Source: Candidatus Latescibacterota bacterium (lineage in GTDB: Bacteria > Latescibacterota > UBA2968 > GCA-2709665). From it: DNA of 64,000 bases. The DNA lies in assembly GCA_965248435.1 (NCBI GenBank), contig OZ252100.1, forward strand, positions 1,184,001-1,248,000, in the 5' to 3' direction. A program made the position numbers and the translations under genes. Position 1 is the first letter of the stretch, and each line of letters starts with the position of its first letter. The notes under the pieces were generated by a model that saw only the letters and a list, made by a program, of their open reading frames with translations, searched no databases and was not told the DNA's origin. This document shows positions 27,363-37,540 of this stretch, piece by piece.

Positions 27363-30080
27363 CTACGTGAACTCCTGAGCAACTTTATCTTCATCATTGT
27401 TTAGACGAAAAATCACTGAACTTAATTCTTCATTAAGTTGCCTATATAAATCTCCGATCTGCACCGTGACTTTCGGATACGCGATTCCCAAGACCCGGAT
27501 CTTTGCACGTTTACTCTGCTCCAGTCCTTTTCCCTTCAGTTCTCTTATATGGTGTTCGAGGCTTTCCTTCAGCCGAGTGAGCTGTTGCATGTCCTTCAAA
27601 CGGTCAAGCAGGAACTTCTTTTTTTCTTCTGAAGATTCCTTAATTATCTGAAGAAGACGTTGTGTATTATAGCGGCCTCCGCAGACTGACATCAGCGTTC
27701 TCATTATCTGGCGGGAACGCAAGCTATCAAAATCAAGGCCTTCCATATAGCGCTTTATCTTTGACTCTATCTCTAGGTTAAGACCAGAAATCACCTTTGT
27801 CTCTCTCTCGGTTTGAGAGCCGATAGAGTTTGCTTCTACTCCAGAGGTTCCAAGCAAGGTTCCGCCTAAAAGGCATAAGTTCTTAGAGCCCCCCTCGTTA
27901 CCCTGAATAGTAGCCCTTCCGACAACCGCTATTTCAGAATCTTGAGCATAGTTCCTCACTATCATATCCTTACCGACATCCACTTTGGAATCCTGTATAA
28001 ACTTAGCATAAAGGCCGCCTCCAGCCTTCACTCTAGACCCTATGATCCCACCTTGGACAGAGACATCTCCATCTGCTGTAACTATCGCACGCCTCTCAAG
28101 AGTACCGCCTACATAAACGTCTCCTGTAGCCTCAACCTTGAATTTACTCTTAACACTGCCCTGTATTTCCACATCACCTTCGAACTTGATGTTGCCCACT
28201 TCGTAATCCACATCTCCTCGAACTATGAACTTCTGTGTGACTGAAAGGGTGTCTCTACTTAATTTTGCAAATCCTCCAGACGTGGCATAGAACCTCTGCT
28301 CCACTCCTTCTTTCTTCTGAATGACATTTGCCCCTGGAAGCAAAAGATCTTGCTCGGGTTTTGGTGGCTCAAGTGTTTTGCCCCTTACATCTGCCCCAGC
28401 AGTTCCGGGCTCTGCAAATGTTCTTTTTGCAAGAAGCTGTCCGGCCTGGGCTGCAGAAACTCCATCCCTCTCTCTGAAGTCTATCTTCTCACCTTCTAGT
28501 ATTCTGCCTGGATCAGGACCTTGCTTGAACAAGAGCTCTGCCTTACCTTCCTTTCCCAAACCCGGTTTTGTGCCAGTGGCTAAAAGCACTGATATTTCAG
28601 AGTCTTCTCCTCGTGGTAATTCTCTGGATATACCTGCTATCGCATTCTTGTTGATGCCATATTTGATATGAGCTACTTCAAGAAGCTGCTCAACTTCCTC
28701 TTGACGAGGAGGAACAAATCTGTCTTTCTGGGGTAGAGATATGAAGTAGGCTTCTAACTTGTCAGGAGATATCCATATTGGTGAAAGAACTGTGATCTTA
28801 TTTTCAATTATTCCAGGATAACCATAAATTTCTGATATGTAGCGAATCCTGCCTTCATAAGCTTCCCGCCTGACATTAATTCCAGCTTTGTAAGTCTTTT
28901 GTTCTTGCTCTTCTTCTGTTATCGCAACAGGTTCGCCAAAGACGTCAATTCCAGGACCTGAATCCTCGCCTTCTGCTTGTTCTGCCAGCAAAGCACCTGA
29001 ATGAGCGATCGGAACCCTAAGGTCAAAAGTTTCTAAATCATCCTTCCTGGGCAGCTTCAACTTATTTTGTAAATCCTCAAACCTGATCTCGGGAAGAGGC
29101 TCAAATGTGAAACCTATCTTTCCCTTCGATACTTGTGGTTTTTTCCCACGAGCAACTAGAACACAAGACTCCCTCAGATTGCCTGCCGAAAGGTCCTGAC
29201 ACATCTCAGCGATTGTCTTTTCTTCAATTCCCAGGCATACGCCACTTGCTTTGAGATCATCCTGAACCTGCTGAGGAGTGGGATATGCGGGAGTTCCAAG
29301 CTGAGGAGGGTTTACGAAATAGACTTCCATTTTGTCAGAAGAAATCCAAATAGGAGAAATGACAGAAATATGCCTTTCATCAACAGACACATACCCAAAC
29401 CTTGATGCAATTAATAAATTGTCCTTTTCAGTAACACCATCGGCTGGCCTTAGAGAACTCGGGGTTGCCTCAGGGATTGTGTGTATTTTCTTGCCAAAGA
29501 TGTCGATTCCCGGCTCAATCACGTCTTCCCCTTGAACTTCCATCAGAGTCTGCCCGGGAGATACTGCAACTCCTGGCTTTCCATAGCCTCGGATCTTCTC
29601 GATACTTTCCAGCAACATGATTTCGGAAATTTCTCTAAAGATGTGTGAAGCGAGATGAAGTGGCTCGCCTGATTCAGGATCTTTGAGGTCTTTTAAGAAG
29701 GGAAAGCTTGTTTGCATCCTTTTGATATATACCGCAGCCTTTCCCAAAGCCACGAGCACGTCTTTCTGTCTCCTGCCTGTTTCATCTGCTTTAGCCACAG
29801 CCTTTATTAGTGACTCTTCCTGGACCCCTTGTGAGATTCCTTCTATTCTTAGAAGTTCTTGGATTTCCTCAAAGCTAGTAGCAGGAAACACTACTTCAAG
29901 CTTCGCCTCTAGTCTATCAGGAGAAACCAACAGATTGAGTTTGCGATGAGATGGCGGGGCAGACTGCTTTTCCCAGCCAGCGTCTTGATCCTTTTCTCTC
30001 ATCTCCTTTGAGGCTTGGTCCAAAAACTCTTCCAAGGCCTCCTCGGATACTGCATCTGGTTTTTGCTTCTCTTCTGGCAT
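27363..30080 (-). CDS. FapA (DUF342) family protein with repeated N-terminal modules
   Basis: KIDFRE, GDVDYEVGNIKFEGDVEIQG beta-solenoid, repeated SPDxxEA...GI...I units, C-terminal AYPKVTVQIG. Confidence 0.9.
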   Translation of the reverse strand: MPEEKQKPDAVSEEALEEFLDQASKEMREKDQDAGWEKQSAPPSHRKLNLLVSPDRLEAKLEVVFPATSFEEIQELLRIEGISQGVQEESLIKAVAKADETGRRQKDVLVALGKAAVYIKRMQTSFPFLKDLKDPESGEPLHLASHIFREISEIMLLESIEKIRGYGKPGVAVSPGQTLMEVQGEDVIEPGIDIFGKKIHTIPEATPSSLRPADGVTEKDNLLIASRFGYVSVDERHISVISPIWISSDKMEVYFVNPPQLGTPAYPTPQQVQDDLKASGVCLGIEEKTIAEMCQDLSAGNLRESCVLVARGKKPQVSKGKIGFTFEPLPEIRFEDLQNKLKLPRKDDLETFDLRVPIAHSGALLAEQAEGEDSGPGIDVFGEPVAITEEEQEQKTYKAGINVRREAYEGRIRYISEIYGYPGIIENKITVLSPIWISPDKLEAYFISLPQKDRFVPPRQEEVEQLLEVAHIKYGINKNAIAGISRELPRGEDSEISVLLATGTKPGLGKEGKAELLFKQGPDPGRILEGEKIDFRERDGVSAAQAGQLLAKRTFAEPGTAGADVRGKTLEPPKPEQDLLLPGANVIQKKEGVEQRFYATSGGFAKLSRDTLSVTQKFIVRGDVDYEVGNIKFEGDVEIQGSVKSKFKVEATGDVYVGGTLERRAIVTADGDVSVQGGIIGSRVKAGGGLYAKFIQDSKVDVGKDMIVRNYAQDSEIAVVGRATIQGNEGGSKNLCLLGGTLLGTSGVEANSIGSQTERETKVISGLNLEIESKIKRYMEGLDFDSLRSRQIMRTLMSVCGGRYNTQRLLQIIKESSEEKKKFLLDRLKDMQQLTRLKESLEHHIRELKGKGLEQSKRAKIRVLGIAYPKVTVQIGDLYRQLNEELSSVIFRLNNDEDKVAQEFT

Positions 30081-31048
30081 TACTCAGTCCACATCGAAGA
30101 CATTTTCAATACATCTTCTATGTTGCCCTGCCATTCAGGCAATTCCTTTTGAAGCTTGAAATCCACCACGGCAAAGCCCATATAGGGAAGAAATTCTTCC
30201 AATTCCTCAAGTTCTTGATAGCTTAGCAAAACGTTCTGGCTTTTCCTGTCAACTTCAAGAATCGCGATAATTTCGTCGACTCTGGCTATAGGAAACATTC
30301 CAAAACAGAATATCCCATTACTACGCCTAAAATCACCTGGGTCATCGACCGTAAATCCCCTCCGTTGCTGGCATATTTTTGCAATACTCTCTTTCGTTTT
30401 CGCTTCCTTGTCCAGACCTGTGGAGTTTGAGAACCCTGTTGCCTCACTTAGTTCAGCACAGCCCTTCTCATCTACCATATAGAGAGCTCCTGCCTCACAC
30501 TCAGCCAAGCTACAGGCTAACCCCAGGGCCAAACGCAGATTATCGCCTGGAGGATTAATTGAAAGTAACGACCTCAATAGCTCGTCTCTTGCTTTCAATT
30601 GCCTAACAAGTTTCTTTAACTCTTCAGTTCTTTCCTCTACTTTAATCTCTAAGTCTCTTTGATATTCTTTGTTTCCCAGCGAAAATTGTCTGTGCTGCAG
30701 TGCACGTTTCACAGATGCCATAACATCACTTATGTCAAACGGCTTAACGAAATATTCGTAAATGCCAATTGAGATTGCTTTTCTAGCGCTCTCTAATTCA
30801 GCATACGCCGTCATCATCAACACAGGTCTATCAGCGTCCTGTTCTAAGAGTTTCTGAGAGAGGGAGAGGCCATCCATTTCTTTCATTCTAAAATCTGTGA
30901 TGATAAGGTCAAACCTATCTCCTCCTACGACCTCAAGAGCCTCTTCAGCACTTTCAGCTTCCTCTACTGAATATCCTACCTGCCTTAGCAATCTGCTCAA
31001 CATCTCTCTCACAGTCTCTTCATCGTCAACCACAAGGATTTTAGACAT
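30080..31048 (-). CDS. Response regulator with coiled coil and GAF-like output domain
   Basis: ILVVDDE, ITDFRM, MMTAY, VKPF; LEIKVEERTEEL linker. Confidence 0.9.
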   Translation of the reverse strand: MSKILVVDDEETVREMLSRLLRQVGYSVEEAESAEEALEVVGGDRFDLIITDFRMKEMDGLSLSQKLLEQDADRPVLMMTAYAELESARKAISIGIYEYFVKPFDISDVMASVKRALQHRQFSLGNKEYQRDLEIKVEERTEELKKLVRQLKARDELLRSLLSINPPGDNLRLALGLACSLAECEAGALYMVDEKGCAELSEATGFSNSTGLDKEAKTKESIAKICQQRRGFTVDDPGDFRRSNGIFCFGMFPIARVDEIIAILEVDRKSQNVLLSYQELEELEEFLPYMGFAVVDFKLQKELPEWQGNIEDVLKMSSMWTE

Positions 31049-31085
31049 ATCAGCGCTCCGAATTTCATAATGAGAGGATGAGAAA

Positions 31086-33038
31086 CTATGAACTTCTCTT
31101 AGATGGTTCTAGAGCTTCCTCAATGGTCTTTGCAATCTTTTCCATTCTAAGTGGTTTTTCTATGAAGCCCACGATGTCAGTTGGAAGTTCAAAATCAAGC
31201 TCCACCCCAGTGATGTAGCCACTCATAGCAGCGATAGGCACATCTTTGTCAATCTCACGAACAAACTTGATAAAATTAAAACCGCTAACCTCGGGCAAAA
31301 CTAGATCTGTAAGCACAAGTGCAATCTCGTTTCTTAACTCTTTAAACAATTCCGTTCCCTCCTGTCCATCTTTGGCGGCAACGACTTCGTATCCGAGACT
31401 CTCCAGCATGGCCTGCGCAACCCTAAGCACTTCTGGTTCGTCTTCTACAACTAAGATTTTTCCTCCTCGTCCTTTCTCCAAATCCTCTGTCTTTTCTCCC
31501 TCTAGGACTTGCTCCCTCTCTGCTTTTGGAAGATATATTGTGAAGATGGTTCCAGATCCTTCCGCACTCTCAGCATCGATAAATCCTTTATGTTGCTTGA
31601 TAATGCCATAGACCTGTGCCATTCCTAGACCAGTCCCATTTTGCCTAGCTTTTGTCGTAAAGAACGGCTCGTAGATATTTGCAAGAACTTCCTTGGACAT
31701 ACCACAACCTGTATCCTTAACAGCCAGCACAACCCACTCTCCTTCTCCAATCCTTATTCTTCTTCCTGACTTTACATCACGAACCCATCTCCTCTCTTCC
31801 TTTTCGATTTTAGATGAAGACAGCTCAATTCCCAACTCTCCTCCGTCCGGCATCGCATCCTTGGCATTTAAAGCTAGGTTAGTTATGACTTGTTGAAGTT
31901 GCGTTAGGTTTGTATTAACCAAACACCTTTCATCATCAAATCCTGTTACAAGCTGAATATCCGCCGGCAAAGTTCTCTGCAAGAGCTTTGTGGTTTCCCT
32001 CAGGAACGGAACTATATTCACCACTTGCTTCTGCACAACTGTTTTTCGACTGAAATCCAGCACTTGCCGAATCAGCTGAGAAGCTCTTTCTCCCTGATTC
32101 ATGATTGTTTCCAGTTCTTCCTTAGCAGAACCAGAGATGTCTTGCTTGTAGAGAAGCATCTGGGCGGTCCCCATAATTACTGTGAGCAAGTTGTTAAAAT
32201 CATGCGAGATACCCGCTGCCATTTGACCAACAGCAGCAAGCCTTTCCTGCTCTTTTGCTCTCTCCTCCCTCTGTTTTTCTTCTATAATGTCACGTGAAAC
32301 TCCCATCACACCTACAGCCTCACCCTGGGCGTTACGTAGAATAGAGGCGGACATACGGCTCGGGAAAAGCTCGCCGTTCTTCCGTTTGTTCACCACTTCC
32401 TTCACAAGCCTACCTCTTTGTATTGTTGTTCTGTGCACATTGTGCCCTTCATCAGCTTCAGCATACAGCAAGCTTACGTGTTTACCCAAGACATCTTCTG
32501 ACCGATACCCAAATGTCTCCTGCGCCGCTCTGTTAAATTCTGTGATGCGTCTGTCGTTGTCGACTGCAATGATCATGTCCAGGGAGCTGTCGATGATATT
32601 TCTCGAATATTCTTGCGACGCCTTTAACGCTTCCTCTACCTGCTTTCGCCTGCTGATATCCCGAGTGATGCCAAAGAGACCGGTCACCTGCCCCTTCTTG
32701 TCCTTTATTGGCACTTTGGTGTTTGAATACCACCGCACGCTTCCATCTTTCTTAACCATCTTGACATCAAGGTCAACTATAGAGAGTCCAGACTTAATAA
32801 CCTCTTGTTCAGCACTATAAGCCTGAGTTGATATCTTGTCCGTGAGGAAATCAAAAGATGTTTTGCCGATGGCGTCCTGCGGATCTTCTATGCCCAAGAT
32901 CTCCTGAGCTTGCGTCCTGTTGATCTTAACGAATCGAGAAGCAGTGTCTTTAAAGTAGATGGCGTCAGGACTGTAGTCCATCAACGCTTGTAACAGCTCG
33001 AGTTCCTGCTTCAGATGCTCTTCGTTGTGTTGGCTCAC
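31086..33038 (-). CDS. Hybrid PAS-PAS histidine kinase with C-terminal receiver
   Basis: Two PAS/PAC domains, H-box AGISHDFNNLL, N-box NAKDAM, G boxes DTGCGM and GTGLG, receiver ILVVEDE...LTDLVLP. Confidence 0.95.
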   Translation of the reverse strand: MSQHNEEHLKQELELLQALMDYSPDAIYFKDTASRFVKINRTQAQEILGIEDPQDAIGKTSFDFLTDKISTQAYSAEQEVIKSGLSIVDLDVKMVKKDGSVRWYSNTKVPIKDKKGQVTGLFGITRDISRRKQVEEALKASQEYSRNIIDSSLDMIIAVDNDRRITEFNRAAQETFGYRSEDVLGKHVSLLYAEADEGHNVHRTTIQRGRLVKEVVNKRKNGELFPSRMSASILRNAQGEAVGVMGVSRDIIEEKQREERAKEQERLAAVGQMAAGISHDFNNLLTVIMGTAQMLLYKQDISGSAKEELETIMNQGERASQLIRQVLDFSRKTVVQKQVVNIVPFLRETTKLLQRTLPADIQLVTGFDDERCLVNTNLTQLQQVITNLALNAKDAMPDGGELGIELSSSKIEKEERRWVRDVKSGRRIRIGEGEWVVLAVKDTGCGMSKEVLANIYEPFFTTKARQNGTGLGMAQVYGIIKQHKGFIDAESAEGSGTIFTIYLPKAEREQVLEGEKTEDLEKGRGGKILVVEDEPEVLRVAQAMLESLGYEVVAAKDGQEGTELFKELRNEIALVLTDLVLPEVSGFNFIKFVREIDKDVPIAAMSGYITGVELDFELPTDIVGFIEKPLRMEKIAKTIEEALEPSKRSS

Positions 33039-33323
33039 AGTGACCCCCTTTGAGCTAGCTTTTCAACACTCAAACAAACTTGCTCTTGATGCGTATTCGT
33101 AGCCACAAATCAAGATGATTTTATTCCTACAAATCATCCACCTCTGTAGCATTCAGACGGCATATGTTGCATGGTGCAACTTTCAGTCCGAAAAAAATAT
33201 GGATTAGCAAACCTCTGCTGAAACAATCTGGAATCTGAAAAACAATCGAGGGCACCACCATGGCACAGTGGTTAGACGCCCCCGATCGTCTACCTGCGTA
33301 ACTGCTCGGCTACTCAGAAGAAA

Positions 33324-33409
33324 ATAAAAAAGGCCACACTTCCCCAACGAAAGTGCAGCCGCCAAGCTGTTCCGCATAGGAATATATGGAGCAGTCTAAA
33401 CTTTGTCCA
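33324..33409 (-). promoter_or_regulatory. Sigma70-like promoter followed by a short leader ending in a terminator hairpin
   Basis: TGGACA-N17-TATATT, then GGCTGCACTTTC...GAAGTGTGGCC-TTTTTT. Confidence 0.5.
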
Positions 33410-33599
33410 AGGCAATAATCATAAATTCTCTCCTTTTATTTTGAAATTGTTCAAGGAGCGGCACTACTGTTTACGAATCCGCACAAGAAATGCTCTGATT
33501 AAGATCCAATACTCTTTATTTTGACCAGAATCACTTACTATGGACGCACCAAAAAGTAGAATTCTTGATGCCGGACTTGAGACGAGAAATTTCATATAC

Positions 33600-34178
33600 C
33601 TAATCGCCACTAGCCGACAGCTTCTTTAAAGCCCAATCAGTAATAGCAAGGATATCAGCAAGCACAAATGGTTTCTGCAAATAATAGCTCGCGCCTAACT
33701 CCAGGATTCCTCTACGCACCATTGAATAAGTTCCAGGTCCAGAGTTAAGGATGATCTTCGAGTGAGGAGAAGTTTCCTTTATAGCCTCCACTACTTGTAA
33801 TCCAGAAACGTATATTGCTTCATCACCAAGTTTTATGTCGACAAAGGCAATGTCTACAGTCAGATTATTTATGAGAGACATGGCTGTCTGACCGGAAGAA
33901 CAAACGAAAATGGCGTCTTCAGGATAACCGAATTCTACCAACGCAGATTTCAGAAAGTCAGTTACTTGCTCGTCATCATCCACTATGAGAAGTATTGGTG
34001 CCCTGGCAATGAAATTCAATCTATCTGGTAATGCCAAGGCTTGCTCAAGATCTCTTGACTTAAAAATCTGAATTAGGTTTTCCAAGTCTTCATACTGTTG
34101 CATTTCAGGATCTATCTTAGCTTCTTCATAGCATCTAATGCTAAATTCGTGAGACATCCTTTCTCCCATACAAAGCAA
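33600..34178 (-). CDS. Receiver-domain protein with N-terminal extension
   Basis: LLIVDDDE, AFVDIKL, LQKPF. Confidence 0.85.
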   Translation of the reverse strand: MLCMGERMSHEFSIRCYEEAKIDPEMQQYEDLENLIQIFKSRDLEQALALPDRLNFIARAPILLIVDDDEQVTDFLKSALVEFGYPEDAIFVCSSGQTAMSLINNLTVDIAFVDIKLGDEAIYVSGLQVVEAIKETSPHSKIILNSGPGTYSMVRRGILELGASYYLQKPFVLADILAITDWALKKLSASGD

Positions 34179-34194
34179 AAAGTCTTCTCATCTG

Positions 34195-34905
34195 CTAATC
34201 AATGTTTTGTCCAAATTTTACGCGGTATTCGCTAGGAGACATCCCTTCGAGTCTATGGAAAGTAGCTGTAAGATGACGGTAATTCCTAAAGCCGCATCTT
34301 TGTGCAACTATATGAAGTCGTTCATTGCTGGATTTCATAAGTGCTTTTGCTTTCTCAACACGATAGTATGCTAATCGTCTTCTAAATGTCATCCCAATGT
34401 GTTCTTTGAACAACTTAGATACATATCTATCTGAAATTTTGAAGTTCCTGGAAATATCACCTAATATTAATTCAGAATTAGATGCGTTGGCCCTAACAAA
34501 AGCATCTAACTCACTGGCCAGTGGGTGTTCTGATGGATAATGCTTCGCGAGCAACCTCTCAATAGCATCTATTAACTCTTCTGCCTTGAATGGTTTTGTC
34601 AGAAAGTCCTTAGCACCGCTTCTCATTGCTTTTACGGTCCTAGGTATGGTGCCGTGCCCTGTTAAAATAAGTACATCAGTTTCAATCCCTCTCTCTTGAG
34701 CTGCCTGCAAAACCTGCATACCGCAAATGTGTGGCATCCTTAGGTCCAAAACAGCCACGTCAAAGTGCTTGCTAGAGAGAAGATCAAGTGCCTCTCTACC
34801 ATCCCTGGCTAATTCAACAACCCAGGATTGAGAGCTGAGTGCTTGTGTGATGAACTCAAGAACTATGGGCTCATCATCTGCTATGAGAATTCTGGGCTGT
34901 GGCAT
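34195..34905 (-). CDS. Response regulator with AraC-type HTH (paralog 1)
   Basis: MPQPRILIADDE receiver and VAQRCGFRNYRHLTATFHRLEGMSPSEYR AraC HTH; start inferred from the paralog. Confidence 0.9.
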   Translation of the reverse strand: MPQPRILIADDEPIVLEFITQALSSQSWVVELARDGREALDLLSSKHFDVAVLDLRMPHICGMQVLQAAQERGIETDVLILTGHGTIPRTVKAMRSGAKDFLTKPFKAEELIDAIERLLAKHYPSEHPLASELDAFVRANASNSELILGDISRNFKISDRYVSKLFKEHIGMTFRRRLAYYRVEKAKALMKSSNERLHIVAQRCGFRNYRHLTATFHRLEGMSPSEYRVKFGQNID

Positions 34906-35006
34906 CTGACTGCTCTTTTTGATTCTCAATTTCCATCTTGGAAACGCCCTGACCTCTGTCAATTCTTGCCCCAAAGCAGATAATTATCTTACGATAGATC
35001 TCCTCC

Positions 35007-35369
35007 TTATATCAAATACACCTTGGCGGCTGCATCTAAGCAGTCCTCTATTGTTCCTTCTTGAAGATCTCTATAATTGCTGTACTTTTGAATGTCAGAC
35101 TTGTAGATCAGAAATCTCCACTTATTAGGTCCCAAATACTCCAGCCTGGCTAATCTGGCTATTCCTCTTACACTACCCATTTTGAAGATCCTTCCAACAA
35201 GACCTTCTTTCTCCTCCTTCACTACTTCTAGAAAGAGATGGTTGCCTTTGAAGTGTCCGCGAATCTCTTTCACCCCTTGCCTTCCTATGTAGTGTTTCTT
35301 AGCGTGAGTTTCTAATCGACTGAGTGTCAGCTTCTTGTTTTCATCAGAAGGAATACTAACGGGTGACAT
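35007..35369 (-). CDS. Hypothetical protein (DUF3024-like)
   Basis: FKGNHLFL...RLARLEYLGPNKWRFLIYK pattern. Confidence 0.6.
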   Translation of the reverse strand: MSPVSIPSDENKKLTLSRLETHAKKHYIGRQGVKEIRGHFKGNHLFLEVVKEEKEGLVGRIFKMGSVRGIARLARLEYLGPNKWRFLIYKSDIQKYSNYRDLQEGTIEDCLDAAAKVYLI

Positions 35370-35414
35370 CCTTGGCTATCCTTTCCAGATCAGTGACATT
35401 TGCATCTGGTTAGA

Positions 35415-35780
35415 TCAGCGAAGAGCCTTTTGAACAGCTTCAATCAAGCCTGAAAGCCCGAAGGGTTTTGGAAGGAAATGTCTAATACCTAACTTTCTTA
35501 GATGTTCAATTAGAGAATTGTTCAGATAGCCAGATATTATGAGCACTGGGGTTTCTAGATCCTGACGTTCAAAAAGCTGGGCCACGTCTGTTCCATCAAT
35601 ACCCGGCATATTTAGGTCTAGTGTAATAAGTCCGTAATCACCTGACAGGGCATTTTCAATACAGGTGGCTAGATGAGGCTTGGCATCCACTTCATAACCA
35701 CAGCCTGTCAAAAGCGTTTCAATTACGTCGCGAATACCTTCCTCGTCTTCAACCATTAAAATTCGTTTAGCTTTCGACAT
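35415..35780 (-). CDS. Single-domain response regulator
   Basis: ILMVEDE, TLDLNMP, IISG, PKPF. Confidence 0.9.
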   Translation of the reverse strand: MSKAKRILMVEDEEGIRDVIETLLTGCGYEVDAKPHLATCIENALSGDYGLITLDLNMPGIDGTDVAQLFERQDLETPVLIISGYLNNSLIEHLRKLGIRHFLPKPFGLSGLIEAVQKALR

Positions 35781-36044
35781 TAAAATATCAGAGATTTAAT
35801 TGACGGACAAAGAACACTAATATAAGTTTCCCTGATCAGGTACTTATAGCCCGTGACAAGAGTCACATTGTAACCCTACTGGCAATCTTTTTTCTACAGA
35901 ACTGAAACAATTGTTCGGGTTTCTGCATCTCTTGGTCATGTATCTGAACAATTTCAACCAGCCAACAAAAAAGCCGAAGATTAAACAAAATCCCGGCTCT
36001 AGATTGACGATATATCAAAGAGAAGTTGCCAATACTACCTCCAT

Positions 36045-36083
36045 AGCAAAGGCGCTGGGTTATCTTCTTCCAGCGCCTTTGCT
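36045..36083. terminator. 14-bp perfect hairpin downstream of merR
   Basis: AGCAAAGGCGCTGG / CCAGCGCCTTTGCT. Confidence 0.65.
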
Positions 36084-36119
36084 CCTCAGATCGGGATAGT
36101 AATAAGCTCAGTCTCAGTC

Positions 36120-36551
36120 CTAGGCAGAACTTCCTGAATCATCTTCTAAGGCTTCGAGAATAGGGCATTCGCTAGTAGGACCACGGCCAGAGCAGAGAGC
36201 AATTAGCTTGGAAAGTGCCTGTTTCATTGCCTGAAGGGTTTGGACCCTATCTTCAATATCATCGACTTTAGCGTTTGCCTTTTTTCTGACTTGATCACAA
36301 GTCCTATCTGAATCTACCCGTAATTCAAGTAGCTCTGAGATCTCATTAAGGGTGAAGCCCAGTCCCTGGGCACGCTTGATGAACCTGATCCTCGAAACAT
36401 CCTCCTGAGAGTATTCCCGGTGACCAGACGCCTTTTTAGGCGGCTGAGACACGAGTCCCCGTCGCTGATAATAGCGAATTGTTTCAACGTTCACCTCGAC
36501 CTTCTTAGCGACTTGACCAATCTTTAGCGTTTTAACTTTCTCAGCCATCAT
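36120..36551 (-). CDS. merR: MerR-family heavy-metal-responsive regulator (Hg(II)-type)
   Basis: IGQVAK...VETIRYYQRRGL HTH; Cys triad in TCDQ, ALCSG and ECPIL. Confidence 0.85.
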   Translation of the reverse strand: MMAEKVKTLKIGQVAKKVEVNVETIRYYQRRGLVSQPPKKASGHREYSQEDVSRIRFIKRAQGLGFTLNEISELLELRVDSDRTCDQVRKKANAKVDDIEDRVQTLQAMKQALSKLIALCSGRGPTSECPILEALEDDSGSSA

Positions 36552-36555
36552 AAAA

Positions 36556-36586
36556 AATATAATGCCGTACCTAGGTACAGAATCAA
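36556..36586 (-). promoter_or_regulatory. MerR-type sigma70 promoter with dyad operator
   Basis: TTGATT-N19-TATATT, with CTGTACCTAGGTACGG dyad in the spacer. Confidence 0.85.
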
Positions 36587-36679
36587 GACAAATCTTGGAA
36601 TTTCGAAGTGCTTTAGCGAAGTTTCCTCAAACGCCCGCTCCTCTTAGGTTCACTTTTCCGCACTCTTGTTTACGAATCG

Positions 36680-36781
36680 GCACAAGAAAAGGCGCTGGCC
36701 TTTAACGGCCAACGCCTTAACCAAAACAAGGGGTCTTCTGTCGCTTCTTTGTTTTTATCGACTGTAATTCGAAAACATTTA
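36680..36781 (-). ncRNA. Repeat Y: sigma28-type promoter, leader and terminator
   Basis: TAAA-N15-GTCGATAA, then GACAGAAGACCCCTTG, then AAGGCGTTGGCC...GGCCAGCGCC-TTTT. Confidence 0.6.
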
Positions 36782-36899
36782 GTCCTTGAAGCCTTCACCA
36801 AAGAACTTTAAAATTGAATCGGGATCGGGCTTCTTTGTCAAAGTACTTTGAAAGAGAAGAAACAAGTTCACGATTATGGGAGAGTATTGCTATCTATTA

Positions 36900-37065
36900 T
36901 TCTCAACTTTTTCTAAACTAGAAATAGGTAATCGTGTCATTGATCTTCTGGAGTTTCAACTGTTGCTTTATCTCCAGAAATAGAAAGCACTTTGCAAGGC
37001 TCACAAAGAGTACCATTCTCATCAACGAATTCAACAAAGTCCCCAGGTTTCAGCTCAGTTGCCAT
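36900..37065 (-). pseudogene. Small SH3/KOW-like gene, copy 2, frameshifted
   Basis: MATELKPGDFVEFVDENG...KVLSISGDKATV; the MTRLPISSLEK tail is out of frame by one nt relative to copy 1. Confidence 0.55.
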
Positions 37066-37100
37066 ATTTTCTCTAAGCTTCACGATAAACTTCTAAATCA

Positions 37101-37460
37101 TCAATCCTCTTCCAATAGTTGTCTTACAACTTCCAGCAGTGCTTTCATACGAAGGGGTTTTTCAAGGATGCGATCAGCTCCTAATTCCTTAGCCTTGAGA
37201 AGCACTTCTTGTCCTCCAGCACCTACCGCAATGATTCTTACTTTCGGATAGTCTTTTCTAAGCTCCGTTATAACATCTAGCCCATCTTTCCTTGGCATAA
37301 AAATATCTGTGATAACTAGATCTGCTTGCTCCTGATGGAATAGACGTAGTCCCTCCTCACCATCAAGTGCTTCCGTGACTTGATGCCCCCTTGTGTGAAG
37401 CATTTCCCGCAACACTTCCCGGTTCGTCAGTTCATCTTCAATAACAAGGATGCGTGCCAA
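37101..37460 (-). CDS. Single-domain response regulator
   Basis: ILVIEDE, ITDIFMP, EKPL. Confidence 0.9.
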   Translation of the reverse strand: MARILVIEDELTNREVLREMLHTRGHQVTEALDGEEGLRLFHQEQADLVITDIFMPRKDGLDVITELRKDYPKVRIIAVGAGGQEVLLKAKELGADRILEKPLRMKALLEVVRQLLEED

Positions 37461-37540
37461 TCCAAATTACCATTTCTCCCCGACCAATATGCTTTCTCTA
37501 CTAGCATCTCCATTGAAGCTAGTGTTTTGATGCAAATAAA

